Shown here: in pieces, positions 10,242-21,420 of the stretch
Layout of the letters: every line of letters starts with the position of its first letter
How positions within the stretch are numbered: the first letter of the stretch is position 1
Assembly: GCA_025558095.1 (NCBI GenBank)
Contig: JAIVFI010000031.1
Coordinates: 508,810-572,809 of the forward strand
DNA: 64,000 nt
Source: Hyaloraphidium curvatum SAG 235-1
Lineage: Eukaryota > Fungi > Monoblepharomycota
Direction of reading: 5' to 3'
Program-made: the position numbers and the translations under genes
Notes under the pieces: model-generated
Databases searched by the model: none
Told to the model about the DNA's origin: nothing
Seen by the model: the letters and a program-made list of their open reading frames with translations, nothing else

Positions 10242-13233
10242 ATGGGCCGCTCGAAGAAGCACGCGAAGGGCCGTTTGGACCGGTACTACCACCTGGCCAA
10301 GGAGTCGGGCTACCGCGCCCGCTCGGCCTTCAAGCTGATCCAGCTCAACAAGAAGTACGGCTTCCTCCAGAATGCCCGCGTGCTCATCGACCTCTGTGCC
10401 GCGCCGGGCGGGTGGCTGCAGGTGGCGGAGAAGTACATGCCCGCGGCGACGCCCGACGGGCGGGGCGGGAGCGTGATCCTCGGCGTGGACCTCGAGAAGA
10501 TCAAGCCCGTGCCGAGGTGCAGGACGGCGGTGGAAGATATCACCAAGGAGAGCTGCAGGAAGTGGATCCGCGGGGAGCTCAAGGACTGGAAGGCCGACGT
10601 GTGGGTTTCTGGTTGGGCGGTCCTCCTTCCCGCGATCTTGCTGACCCGTCCCGGACAGCGTCCTCCACGATGGCGCCCCCAACGTCGGCACCTCGTGGAC
10701 CTCCGACGCCTACCAGCAATCCCTCCTCGTTCTCTCCGCCCTCTCCCTCGCCGTGGCCTTCCTGGCGCCCGGCGGCACCTTCGTCACCAAGGTCTTCCGC
10801 TCGCGCGACTACAATTCCCTCCTCTGGGTCTTCCACCAGCTCTTCGACCGCGTGGACGCCACCAAACCTGCCTCGTCGCGCAACGTCTCGGCCGAAATCT
10901 TCGTCGTCTGCCGCGGGTACAAGGCCCCCTCGCGGGTGGACCCGCGGCTGCTCGACTTCCGCCACGTGTTCAAGGAGCTCGACGACGACGAGGACGCGAC
11001 GCAGGAGGCCAAGGACGCCGAGAAGCGCACCATCAACTCGCTCGTCAAGCCCGAGGCCAAGACGCGGCACAGGGACGGGTACGCGACCGGGGACTACACG
11101 CTGCGCAAGGTCGGAACGGTGCGCGAGTTTTTGGCGAGCAAGGACCCCGTGGGGGTGCTGGCGTCGAGCACCGAGCTGGTTTTCGGGGCGGCGGAGGAGG
11201 CGGAGCGGAAAAAGGCCGAGAGCAGGGCGCGGGGCAAGCCCGCCGCCGCGCCCGAGGCGGAGGGGGACGACGAGGACGGGGAAGGCGCGGCGCCGATCCC
11301 CGAGCGCATGGTCGGCAAGCCCGCCGCGATCCCCGACGACGTCGACCTCTCGGAGCACGTGCCCGCCGAGGTCGCCGCGCTGCTCTCGGACCTGAGGGTG
11401 CTGGGCAAGGCCGAGTTCAGGCAGCTGCTGCGGTGGCGGGAGCAGGTCCGCAAGCGGCTCGGGCTGGAGCCGTCCAAGGCGAAATCTGCCAAGGCGGAGG
11501 ACGAGCAGGATGCGGAGGAGGATCCAGAGGACGCGCTGGCGGGGCAGATCGCGGAGCAGCAGCGCCTCGCCAAGCAGGAGCGCAGGCGGAGGCTTGAGAG
11601 GAGGAAGAGGGAGCTGATGCGGTTCAACCTGGGCATGTCGGCGCACGACGACATTGCGCAGGATGCCGAAGAGGGCCTGGGTTTCGACTGGGGCCGGGAT
11701 GCAGGGGACGAGGACGGGAAGGAGGGCGGTGACGAGGTGGCCGACGCCGACGGGAAGGACGACGGAGAAGAGGGAGACGAGGAAGTGCTCGACGACGAGG
11801 AGGAGGAGCAGGCTCGTCTCCGCGAGCTCGAGGAGGAGATGGACACCATGTTGGTCTGCCGGGTATCGGTGCCCGCCGTCTTCTGACTCCGTTTGTTCCA
11901 GGTACGACGTCTATCTCGAGCGGCAGCTCTCCAAGGACGCCAAGGCGCGCGCGCGCAAGCGGCTCGAGGAGGAGAAGAAGGGCCGCGATCCGGCGGCGGA
12001 GCCCTGGTTCGGCGTGGAGGAGGAGCTGCGGCGGATCGAGGAGAAAAAGGCGGAAGAGGGGCTGGGGTCGGATTCGGACTCGGATTCGGAGTCGGATGAG
12101 GACGAGGCCGACGGGGAGGGCGAGGAAGACGGCGAGGAAGGGGAAGGCTCGGGTTCGGAGGCCGGCGAGGACGCGGACGAAGAGGCCGGCCCCGACTCGC
12201 GGCGCGAGGACACCGCCGACGCGCGGCTCTCCCGCCGCGCGCGGCAGTTCTTCGACAACCCGCTGTTCAAGGACGTTCTGGGTGACCTCGAGGCCTCGCG
12301 GGCGGCCGAAGCCACTGCGGCCCCCGCGGGGAAGCGCGCGCGGGAAGCAGAGGCCGAGGCGCCCAAGAAGCGGCGCAAGGGGAAGGACACGGAGGTGGTC
12401 GGCGCCGCGGATCCGGAAGAGGATTCGGACGAGGAGTTCATCCGCGCGGCGAGGAAGAACCGCAAGGAGCTGCGGCGCGCCCGCAAGGCGGGTGAGGCGA
12501 CGGAGGAGGGCGACGAGGGCGGCAAGCAGACCTTCGAGACGGTGCCCGCGGAGCCGGATCCGGTGTTTGACGGCGAGAGCGGGGACGAGGACGCTCTTGC
12601 GACCGCCGAGGGCGTGACGGCCGCGCTGGCGCTGGTCAAGGGGGGCGCCAAGGCGCGGCGGGACCTGGTGGACGGGAGCTTCAACCGGTACGCGTTCAAC
12701 GACCCCAAGGGCTCGCTGCCGAGGTGGTTCGCCGACGATGAGGGCAAGCACAACAAGCCGCAGGCGCCCATCTCCAAGGAGGCGGTGCTTCTGATCCGCG
12801 AACGGGCGCGGCAGCTCGACGCGCGGCCGATCAAGAAGATCGCCGAGGCCAAGGGCCGCAAGAAGATGCGGGCGATGCGCAGGCTGCAGAAGCTCAACGC
12901 CGAGATCGGCAAGATCTGGGACGACGAGGATCCGGGGACGACCGAGATGCAGAAGCTGCGGACGATACAGAAGGTCGCGGCCAAGGCGGCCAAGGGCAAG
13001 GGGGGGCAGAGCAAGAAGGAGAAGCCGAAGCTGGTGGTGGCCAAGGGGACGGCCAAGGGGGTCCAGGGGCGGCCCAAGGGGGTCAAGGGGAGGTACAAGG
13101 TGGGTTGCAGGGTGGCCCGGTGGACTTGATCGGCGCTGATCCTCCCGGGCAGATGGTGGATGCGAGGATGAAGAAGGAGCTGCGCGCGCAGAAGCGCAAG
13201 GCCAAGGCGAGCAAGCCCAAGAGGCGGAAGTAG
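10242..13233 (+). CDS. SPB1: 27S pre-rRNA 2'-O-methyltransferase Spb1/FTSJ3; introns 10601-10658, 11850-11901 and 13100-13152
   Basis: [87 protein letters not shown] and [10 protein letters not shown]. Confidence 0.97.
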
Positions 13234-13986
13234 GGGACCCATCTGTTCGCTTGGAAGACAGAGTCGCCCCGGGCCCATCCCACTCGGAATCCGTCGCATC
13301 CCATCGCAATCCGCACGCATCCCGCGCGCAAACGAACGTACTGCATTCCTCGCCCGTCCGACCGGCCACGCTGTCGTATGGAGGCATCCGATCCCCGTGG
13401 CCACCGCAACGCCACCGCCCGCTAAGGCACCGAACGGAACGGCCGCTTTTCGAGGGCCGAGGAGCCGCCGGCCTTGCTTGTTGCGGCCCGCGGTCTGGGC
13501 GCAAAAGATTCGCTGGAATGAGTCAATGCCGCTCCCGCCCGCCTTGCTATCTGTTTTGGGGTCCGCTTCGGGTCGTGCCGCCGCCGCCGGGGAGCGCCAA
13601 GGCCCGCCTCCGACGCCGCATCCCGGGAAGCCCGGGGGCGGAGAAGCGTCATGCAATTGCCGCGGCGCGGATCCGATGGGTTCAGGGTCCCGGCGGGCTC
13701 GGAGTGACTAACGCTGAAGGGCCCATTCGGTGGGACGAGAGACGCGGGGCTGGACCCAAACGCCCGAAAAAATACCGGCCACCATCCGGTGCCCTCGCGC
13801 AGATCAGGGGCTGCTCGGAAGGAGGCGTGTGGAGAAGCCCGAGGGCGATTTTGGAGACGGGCTTGCGGGATTGATCCGTGCCGATCCGCGTCTCCATCCC
13901 AGCTCGTTTTGGCTTTCGCAGTTGCGGAGTTTTCCAGCCCGGAAGGTCGCGACTGCCCGACCCATCGCAGGAAGGGCACCGGGGCG

Positions 13987-16017
13987 ATGAGCCGCACGAC
14001 CGGCGCGCCCGCGGCACCATCGGGCGGGGCGAAATCGCGAACGATGGCGAGCCGCAGCCCCGGACGCCGGCGGTCGGCGGGGGACGCGGCCGAAGCCCGG
14101 GGCGTCCTGCCGGTACGGCCGCTGCGCCATGCGGGGTCGGCAGCCGACGCGCTGCCCGAGGGCCGCCTGGCCGCCGCGCCGCACGGGGCGCCCGCCGGGG
14201 GGCCGCACGGGCCGGGGCCGCCCCCGCTGCGCGTCCCGCCGGGGGCCGCGCCCGGCAGCTCCTCGCCCCCGCTGCCGTCGCCCGCGCCCTCGCCGGTCTT
14301 CGCCTCGCCTCGCGGGCGGCTCGCCCCCTCCGGCCCCCCCGCACCGGGCCCCGCCTCGCCCGTGCCGGTCTTCGTGGTGCGGCTGACGCCCCACGAGCTG
14401 GACCCGCCCGCCCTGGTCGGCCGCTGCCTGGACGCCTTCTGGACCACCGTGCACCCCGCCCTGCCCGCTGTGCACCGCCGCTCGTTCGGCGACGCCATGC
14501 ACGGCGCCGATCACAGGCTGTTCGGCCCGCGGACACCCACCGCGCTCGCGTACGCCATGGCCGCCAACGCCGTGCGCGCCGTGCCCGGCGTGCCGCCCGA
14601 GGACGTATCCCGCATCCAGCGGCACTACCTCGAGGGCGCAAAGGAGCGGCTGCTGGCGCGTTTCTTCCGCGCCCAGCCGCACGCCCGCCAGATGACCGAC
14701 CTCGAGTGCGCAGCCGCCATCCTCTTCATGTACCGCGCCCTGGTCGAAGAAAGCATGGCCGGCGAGGCCCTCGTGCTGTTGCAGCGCGGCGCCGAGGTGC
14801 TCGCCGAGGCGGCCGGTGCCAGCAACCCCGCCTCCCTGCTGTGCCCGCAGCGCGAGCCCGCCTCGGCGGTGCACTGGGTGCGCTCCGAGATGTTGCGCCG
14901 CCTGTGGATCGCCTACGCCAACCTCGACGCCGAGTGCGCCTACCTCTCGGGCCGCGAACTCCTCCGGGACTGGTTCGACCCCCGCATCGCCGTGCCCGTG
15001 GGCGAGCGCTTCTTCGACGCCGACGGCACTGAGGACGCCTTCCGGGCCGTCTTCCGCCCCCCGGACCGCCCCGAACAGACCGCCCTGGACCTCTCGGACG
15101 TCCCCCTGGAAACCGGCTCCTGCCGCGGCCTGGTCGAGGCCCTCGTCCCGCCGATCTTTTCCGGCCACGCCTCGCTCCTTGCCGCCCTGCACCTCCTCAC
15201 CTTCCTCCGCTCCCTCCGCCTGCGCATGCGCCGCCTGTGCGCCGCACACCCCCTTGACCCCGCCGCACTCGCAGCTCAACCGCCGGAGCTCGACTCCCGC
15301 CCGGAATCGGGGTACCGCCTCCTCTGCACCCTCGTTGACGTCCTCGCCAGCGAGCTCTCCGCGTTGCTCCCCGCCCCCGCCCCGCACGCCCTCTCATCGG
15401 GCGACCTCTCATCCGCCCTGCGCGCGCTGTCGCCGCACCTGGGCAGCGACCGCGCCGCCGTCTTTGCCGCAATGTACCTCCGCGCCCGCGTGCTCCCGAT
15501 CGAATCCTGGGCGCCATCCCCAACCTCCCCCGCCGACCCCGGCAGGGACTTCTTCGCCTCGCTCCCCTTCCTCCGCGGCCTCGAAGCCGCCATCTGCGCG
15601 CGCTCGCTTTTGGGGGCGCAGCTCCCCTGCGCGGACGTTTTCGCGGCCGTCGCGGCGGCGAGGGCGGGGGGGATGCACGCGGCTGTGGCCGCGAGGTTGG
15701 GGCCGCGGGCGGAGGGCGGGGGGGCGGGAGGGGATGCGGAGGGGGTGGCGGGGTGGTTGGAAGCCAAGGCCGAGGGGGCCGGGGCGCTCGGTGGGTTCCC
15801 AGCGTGCGCGATCGCGAGGTGATGGTGCTGATCTGTCCTTCGAGCAGTCAAGGACATCGCGGCGAGGTTCAGGCTGTTGGTCCAGCGCACGCTCGACGGC
15901 GGCGTCGGGGACGCGGAGACACCCGGTACCCTTGCCGACCCGCTGGACGGGGACGCGGGGGGGTTCAGGGGCGCGGTGATGGCGGCCGAGGGGTGGGCGG
16001 GGAGAGCGTTCGAGTGA
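13987..16017 (+). CDS. Fungal-specific transcription factor (Fungal_trans/MHR) domain protein; intron 15791-15847
   Basis: FWTTVHPALPAVHRRSF, LAYAMAANA and EMLRRLWIAYANLD match the middle homology region. The last exon restores frame to TGA at 16015. Confidence 0.7.
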
Positions 16018-16305
16018 TATCGTGGCGGGGGAGAGGGGGGTCGTGTCGATGTGCTTGCTTGAGCCATGTGTATGCTTGGTCTGCTCGGATGATGATTTGC
16101 TGCTTTCCATCGCTGGCGCCGGACACGTTGCGGGAGCAAGCCTGGGCTCGGTGACGCGTTGCCGTTCGAACATCCCCATTTCCCCGTCCAGCACACTCCT
16201 GCCCAACGCAATCGCTTTCCCCGCCCCTCCATCATTGCGTCCCCGGCCAACGGCGCGTCCGAGTCCCCGTCCCGAACCCCCTTCGACGTGTGCCCCACGC
16301 GTCCA

Positions 16306-16674
16306 TCAAGCCCTCCTGAACCCGTCCTCCAGAATGAAGAACTCGGCCCCCAGCGGCTCCAGCGCCTTCCTGACCTTCTCCACCTCCTTCTCCGGCCCGT
16401 GGACCTCCACGCGCGCGATGCTGGCGACCCCCAGCGCCCGCTGAAGGCACGAATCGACGTTGGTCAGGTGGGCGAGCAGCGCCTCGCCGGAATCGTAGCC
16501 CTCGCGGCAGTAGGCCGTGTTGCCCGAGTAGGAGAAGGCGTAGTGCGAGCAGCCGGGCTCGGTACGCGTGGCCTCGACGAAATCCACCGCGATGGCCTTG
16601 AAGTCGTCCAGCTTGCCGTCCGGCACGGTGAAGTACGGGTGCAGGGTGATGACGGCGTCCTTCGGCTGCGACAT
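16306..16674 (-). CDS. ABM/dimeric alpha-beta barrel (monooxygenase-like) small protein, bacterial type
   Basis: PYFTVPDGKLDDF, TRTEPGCSHYAF, CREGYDSGEALLAHL and VEVHGP; intronless, 122 aa. Confidence 0.8.
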   Translation of the reverse strand: MSQPKDAVITLHPYFTVPDGKLDDFKAIAVDFVEATRTEPGCSHYAFSYSGNTAYCREGYDSGEALLAHLTNVDSCLQRALGVASIARVEVHGPEKEVEKVRKALEPLGAEFFILEDGFRRA

Positions 16675-17409
16675 GGTGGGATTCGGAGGGTTTGGAGGCG
16701 CGATGGCGGCGCGGAACGCGCGAGACGTGTGGCAGATGGACGGGCGCCGAGCGGCACCACTGATCGGGCACTTCCCAGCCGAAGCTTGGTAAATGCTCGA
16801 CAGCGGACTCGTTTTCGGGCGTGGCCTCGGTCGGATGGACGCCTCCGAGCCTCGTCGGCTTGCCCCGAGTGCGCGGCCATCGCCATGGCACATCCTGTTC
16901 CTCCAAAGCGATGGGGTGCGTTCGTGGATGTGTTGGCGGATGCTGGATAAAGAATCCGATAAGTCATCTTAGTTTTCGTGTACACTCGTTGTGAAGGAGG
17001 GACACTGGGAAAAAAAAAGGGTGGCCCGGCGAGGATCGGGTTTGGTTGAGCTTTGGGAAAACTCGGATCCCCGCCAGATGAAGTACAGTCGTTGTTTCGG
17101 AGCATGTTGCACCGCTTGTTGAATCCAATGGCAGTCGTGCCCACACCATCTTGCCGGGAGCGCATGTGCCGCTGCGGGCTTCGGTGCGGACCCCCACTGT
17201 GTGGAGGCGGCAGGTGCAAGGGACGTCAGGGGAGCGAGGAAGAATGGAAGCTGTTGGCGATGCTCGGCTGGTGGATCGCCGTGCCCCCGTGGAGATGTTT
17301 TGGAAGCGTAAGGGAGCAAGAAACGCGTGCGGACCCGGTCAGCCAGCCGGACGGCGATCAGCTGCACCCACGAAGACCACGCCCATTGGGGCACATCGAA
17401 GAACCAACG

Positions 17410-18093
17410 ATGCCCCTCCCCGGCGTGCTGCCCGCGCTCCTCGCCCTCGCCTTTGTGGCACTCGCTGCCGCCGACTCGTCCGTCGCGCCCGTGCGCGTGG
17501 GCGCCGCCGAGCGCATCGTCGACTTTATCGCGCCGGCGCGGGACGGCTACTGCGGCGCCTTCGCGTTCGACGTGCCCGCCGGCGCCGCGCTGCGCATCCG
17601 GCTGAGCTGGACGCCGCCGTTCGCGGGCGCCGTCACGTTCGCCGACGCCGACGCCGTGCCGGTCGGCGCGACCCCGGCGAAAGTGACCTGCTACGCCCCG
17701 CCGTCGGTGCCCCAAGGCGGCGGCATCCAGACGCCCGAGCTCCCCGAAGAGCCCGTGAACGGGAGCAGCACCTCCTCGTTCGACGTCCGCATGCTCGTGG
17801 CCTGCTACGACCGGCCCGCGACCGTCTTCATTTCGTACGCGACGCGGTGGGCCGGGCCGGACCCCTCCCTGTTCAACGCTACGGAACCGCGCACGCTGAG
17901 CTTCAACCTCACCACGGATGCGCCCAGGGACCCCTGTCTGCCCGTGGTAAACGGCACGGCCTCGACCACCCGAACGGCATCGGCCACGGCGACGGCGACC
18001 ACCCCCAGGCCCGGCGCCGCCGGCGGGCTGCGCCGCTGCGCGTGGACCGTGGGTATCGGCGCCGCCGCCGCCGGCGCCGCATTGGCCTGGTGA
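17410..18093 (+). CDS. Secreted, possibly GPI-anchored protein of unknown function
   Basis: Signal peptide MPLPGVLPALLALAFVALAAA, Cys-containing beta-rich body, Thr-rich linker and hydrophobic C-terminus. Confidence 0.65.
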   Translation: MPLPGVLPALLALAFVALAAADSSVAPVRVGAAERIVDFIAPARDGYCGAFAFDVPAGAALRIRLSWTPPFAGAVTFADADAVPVGATPAKVTCYAPPSVPQGGGIQTPELPEEPVNGSSTSSFDVRMLVACYDRPATVFISYATRWAGPDPSLFNATEPRTLSFNLTTDAPRDPCLPVVNGTASTTRTASATATATTPRPGAAGGLRRCAWTVGIGAAAAGAALAW

Positions 18094-18382
18094 TTGGGAC
18101 GGAGGAGCAGATGCGCTCCGAAAAGGACTGGTTCGAGGCACAACTGGTGTCCGTTTCGCGGTTCGGATTCAGAATTCAGGCAATGTTTGCCAGGCTCGCT
18201 CGTCGATGTATTCGGATCGCATCAGCTCCCTCCTGGAGCAGCCTGGGAATCCGTTACGCCCGACTGCATGGTACGAGCCATCAAGCAGCGTGCCGTTCTT
18301 TGACCGTCCGTTGTCCTCCCTTTGTCCGATGATCCCGAACCTTGCCGTCCTCCGACCAATCACTCACGCATCACCGCGCAAG

Positions 18383-19021
18383 ATGGAACAAGCCCAGCTC
18401 CGCACCGCCCTCCTCCCTTTCCCCGCCGACGGCATCGTCCGCCCTTCCGTCGGCGGCACGCTCTTCGAATCCGCATCGGCCACGCTCCGCGGCGCAGAGT
18501 ACTTCGACGCCCTGGCCCGTGGGGGCCACCCGACCTCCTTCCTGCAAGACAGCGGCGCGTTCTTCGTCGATCGCGACCCCGATCTGTTCGCCAAGGTGCT
18601 CTCGTGGCTTCGCACAGGGAGGGTCGGCGACCTGGGCGACGGGGAAAGGAAGAGGCTGCGCGCCGGAGCCGAGTTCTACGGCGTGCCGGAGCTGGCCGAG
18701 CAGCTGCTGCCCAAGGCGCCCGCCGCGGTGCCCGTGCGGCGCCGCGAGGTCGCCGAAGCCGACGTCGAGGAGGATCTGCCGGGGATGCTCGGGAAACGGC
18801 TGGTCGGTCGCGGCGCAGTACAAGAGGAGGGTCGAAAGGTACCGCTGCCCGCGCGGGATCGGCGAGCACTCGTCGCCGGGCCGGTGCGGACGGGCGTGCG
18901 CGCATGCGGGCGGGGGAACCACGGCGGAGGAGCGCAGGGTGTTCGCGGTCGTCTACAGGGACAGGGAAAAGTCACCCGTCCAAACGTGGCTTTCGGGCCA
19001 TCGCTCGGACTGATGTTCTGA
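18383..19021 (+). CDS. KCTD-type BTB/POZ protein, probably frameshifted near 18795
   Basis: VGGTLF, FFVDRDPDLFAKVLSWLRTG and AEFYGVPEL. Protein-like sequence continues in the 18342..19013 frame after GGGAAAC. Confidence 0.7.
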   Translation: MEQAQLRTALLPFPADGIVRPSVGGTLFESASATLRGAEYFDALARGGHPTSFLQDSGAFFVDRDPDLFAKVLSWLRTGRVGDLGDGERKRLRAGAEFYGVPELAEQLLPKAPAAVPVRRREVAEADVEEDLPGMLGKRLVGRGAVQEEGRKVPLPARDRRALVAGPVRTGVRACGRGNHGGGAQGVRGRLQGQGKVTRPNVAFGPSLGLMF

Positions 19022-19100
19022 CTTCACTTTTTCACACGTCGTTGTACAAAGACGTTTTGGTATCGCATCAAGACCGTGCCGCAGCCGCCTCGCAGAAGCT

Positions 19101-20303
19101 TCACATCCCCCTCAGCACCGCCTCGAACCTTTCGATCACCTCCCCCACGGTCCACCTCCTCCCCGGGTCCCCCTCCCAGCACCCCGCCACTGCCTCCCAC
19201 ACCGCCTCGGGCACCCCGTCCGGCCTCGCGGGCCTGGTCCCCTGCGCCACCATCCTCGCGATCGCCCGCACCGAATGTCCTTCGAACGGGTACCTGCCCC
19301 CCGACAGCGCCTCGTAGCACGCCATCCCCAGCGCGTACACGTCCGACGCCGCGCTGGGCGGGCGCCCGGCGAGCACCTCGGGCGCGACGAACCCCGGGGT
19401 CCCTCGCGCGGCGGCGGACCGGTCCGCCGCCGCGTCCCGCGCCAGCCCGAGGTCGCCGAGCCGGCCGCGCCCGCGGACGACGAGCACGTTGGAGAGCTTG
19501 ACGTCGCCGTGGGCGAGTCCGAGGGCGTGCATGGATGCGAGGCCGCGGGCGGCATCGAGGAGGAGGGAGAGGGCGGGGGGGAGGGGCCAGTGCAGGGAGG
19601 AGAGGTGGTCCCGCAGGTTTCCCCCGTCCGCGAGCTCCGAGACGAGCATCGGGGGGTCGACGCAGACGGCGAGCAGGTCGAGGATGTGCTCGCTGCCGCG
19701 GGCGCGGGACCAGGTGGCCGCCTCGCGGGCCAGGCGGGGGGCGGGGACCAGCTTGGCGGCGGCGGGGCGGCCGCGGAGGGTGCAGGGGTGCACCGTGGCC
19801 GAGGAGCCGCGGCCGAGGATGCGGGCGGTGTCGACGACGATGTCGCAGGGGGGGACGAGGAGGGAGGGGGGCAGCGGGGGCGTCGAGGGCCGGGGGATGG
19901 CCGCGCGGTGCGGCGGGATGAGGGAGGCGAGGCTGCCTGCGCGCAGCACGGGCGCGAACGACGACGCCGCCGAGACGGACGTCATGCCGCGCTCGCCGAC
20001 GGTGCTCTCGCTGCCGCGGTCCCGCTGGCGGTGCAGCACGGCGAATCCGAGCGCGAGGCCCACGACGACCATGCCGCCCAGCACGCCGCCGACGATGGCG
20101 ACCAGCGGCAGCGAGTCCGGCGCCCGCGGGGGCGGCGCGGCGGCGGCGATCGTCGCGGAGGGCGTCGCGGAGGCCGGCGTCGCGACGAGCGGCACGGCGG
20201 CGGAGGGCGTCGGCCCGCCCGGCAGTCCGTCGCCCGCGGCGCCGCTCTCGGCCGCAGACGCCACGGCGACGAGCAGCAGGAGCGCCAGCGCCGCAAACAG
20301 CAT
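19101..20303 (-). CDS. Receptor-like transmembrane TKL-group protein kinase
   Basis: Signal peptide, short A/P/T ectodomain, TM (LVAIVGGVLGGMVVVGLALGFAVL), then GRGSSATV, AAK, HGDVKLSN, DLG, GTPGFVAPE and SDVYALG. Confidence 0.85.
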   Translation of the reverse strand: MLFAALALLLLVAVASAAESGAAGDGLPGGPTPSAAVPLVATPASATPSATIAAAAPPPRAPDSLPLVAIVGGVLGGMVVVGLALGFAVLHRQRDRGSESTVGERGMTSVSAASSFAPVLRAGSLASLIPPHRAAIPRPSTPPLPPSLLVPPCDIVVDTARILGRGSSATVHPCTLRGRPAAAKLVPAPRLAREAATWSRARGSEHILDLLAVCVDPPMLVSELADGGNLRDHLSSLHWPLPPALSLLLDAARGLASMHALGLAHGDVKLSNVLVVRGRGRLGDLGLARDAAADRSAAARGTPGFVAPEVLAGRPPSAASDVYALGMACYEALSGGRYPFEGHSVRAIARMVAQGTRPARPDGVPEAVWEAVAGCWEGDPGRRWTVGEVIERFEAVLRGM

Positions 20304-21420
20304 GGGATTGCCACGGAAGGGGGCGGAAGCGGCTCCGCAGCCCGCCTCCCGCCGGCCCCGCCGGCGGCCCCCCGTGCCGCGCAGAGCGGGTGCGCGCTCC
20401 AGCGGCCTCGCGGCGGCGCTCATGGCGGTGTCCTGGCAGGCCCAACGGCCGCCGAACCGCTGGGAGACGGCGGACAAGCCCGTGCGGAAGTCGAAGCCCG
20501 ATTGGTGTTGCGCCGGTCGCACGGGCCGGCGCCGATCCGGCCCCCGCCCGCGGGTCCCCCCGAAAGTTGGCGATCGTCCGAAAGTGGCGGGAACGGTTGC
20601 CAGGAGAATCTGCAAGACCGTCTATCTGCAGTGCCGATCCGTGGGCTGCGGACTTCGCGGACGCCGCCATCAAGCCTGTTCGTTTCCCAGCTGCCCTCGC
20701 ACGCTACATCCCGTCTGGGCTCCACATCCAATAAAGTGATGCCAAAGGAAAGTCATCGCGTCGCAGGCCAGCCCGAGCGGAAAAGACGATACGAAGCTCA
20801 CAAGCGCCGATTTCGTGCTCATTCGCCGCGGAAAGCCCATCGACTCAGCGAGCGCTGTGCTCTGTGCGCCATCAACAACAGTGACCGCGCTCTAACAGAC
20901 AGGCAGGGCATCTCCGCGTCCGCGGTGGCCCCCTTCGGATTGGGCGACCGCCTCGCGGCCAGGAAACGCCTCGCTCGGTGCTCCGCCCCGCCCCGGCCCG
21001 CCGCGCCCACCTGCACCTGCGGTGCCGGCGCTCCACTACCGCCCCATCGACCTCGGAAGAAGCGATGCCGAGCCGGGCGCGGACGAGGGGAAGATCGGAA
21101 CGGACCCGCCGGTGCGTCGTGCGTCGACGTCACCTCTGCGGATCTGGCTGTGCTTACCAACCCAATGGCCCACGGGGCACATTCTCCATTTCAAACCCGG
21201 CGCGTGCGGCTTCGGATGGCCGCAGTCGCCCGACGCAGTTCTCTTCTCGGGGTTGCGGGCTGTCGGGCGCTTTTTGGGAGATCTTGGGTGAGCACCCGAG
21301 TGAGACCCTTGAATTCCAGGATCGACAAGGGACGCTATATGTAGACCAGGGACGCTGGCCCGCACCCCCCAAACTCTTTCCCTGACTAACTAGCTCTCTC
21401 CATACATCTCTCCCGACCCG

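Noticed and set aside
11624-21344. Many long overlapping or antisense ORFs (e.g. 11624..13504, 11911..13656, 13804..15387, 19275..21344)
   Set aside because: These are shadow ORFs of high-GC coding DNA: Arg/Gly/Pro-rich with no domain motifs.
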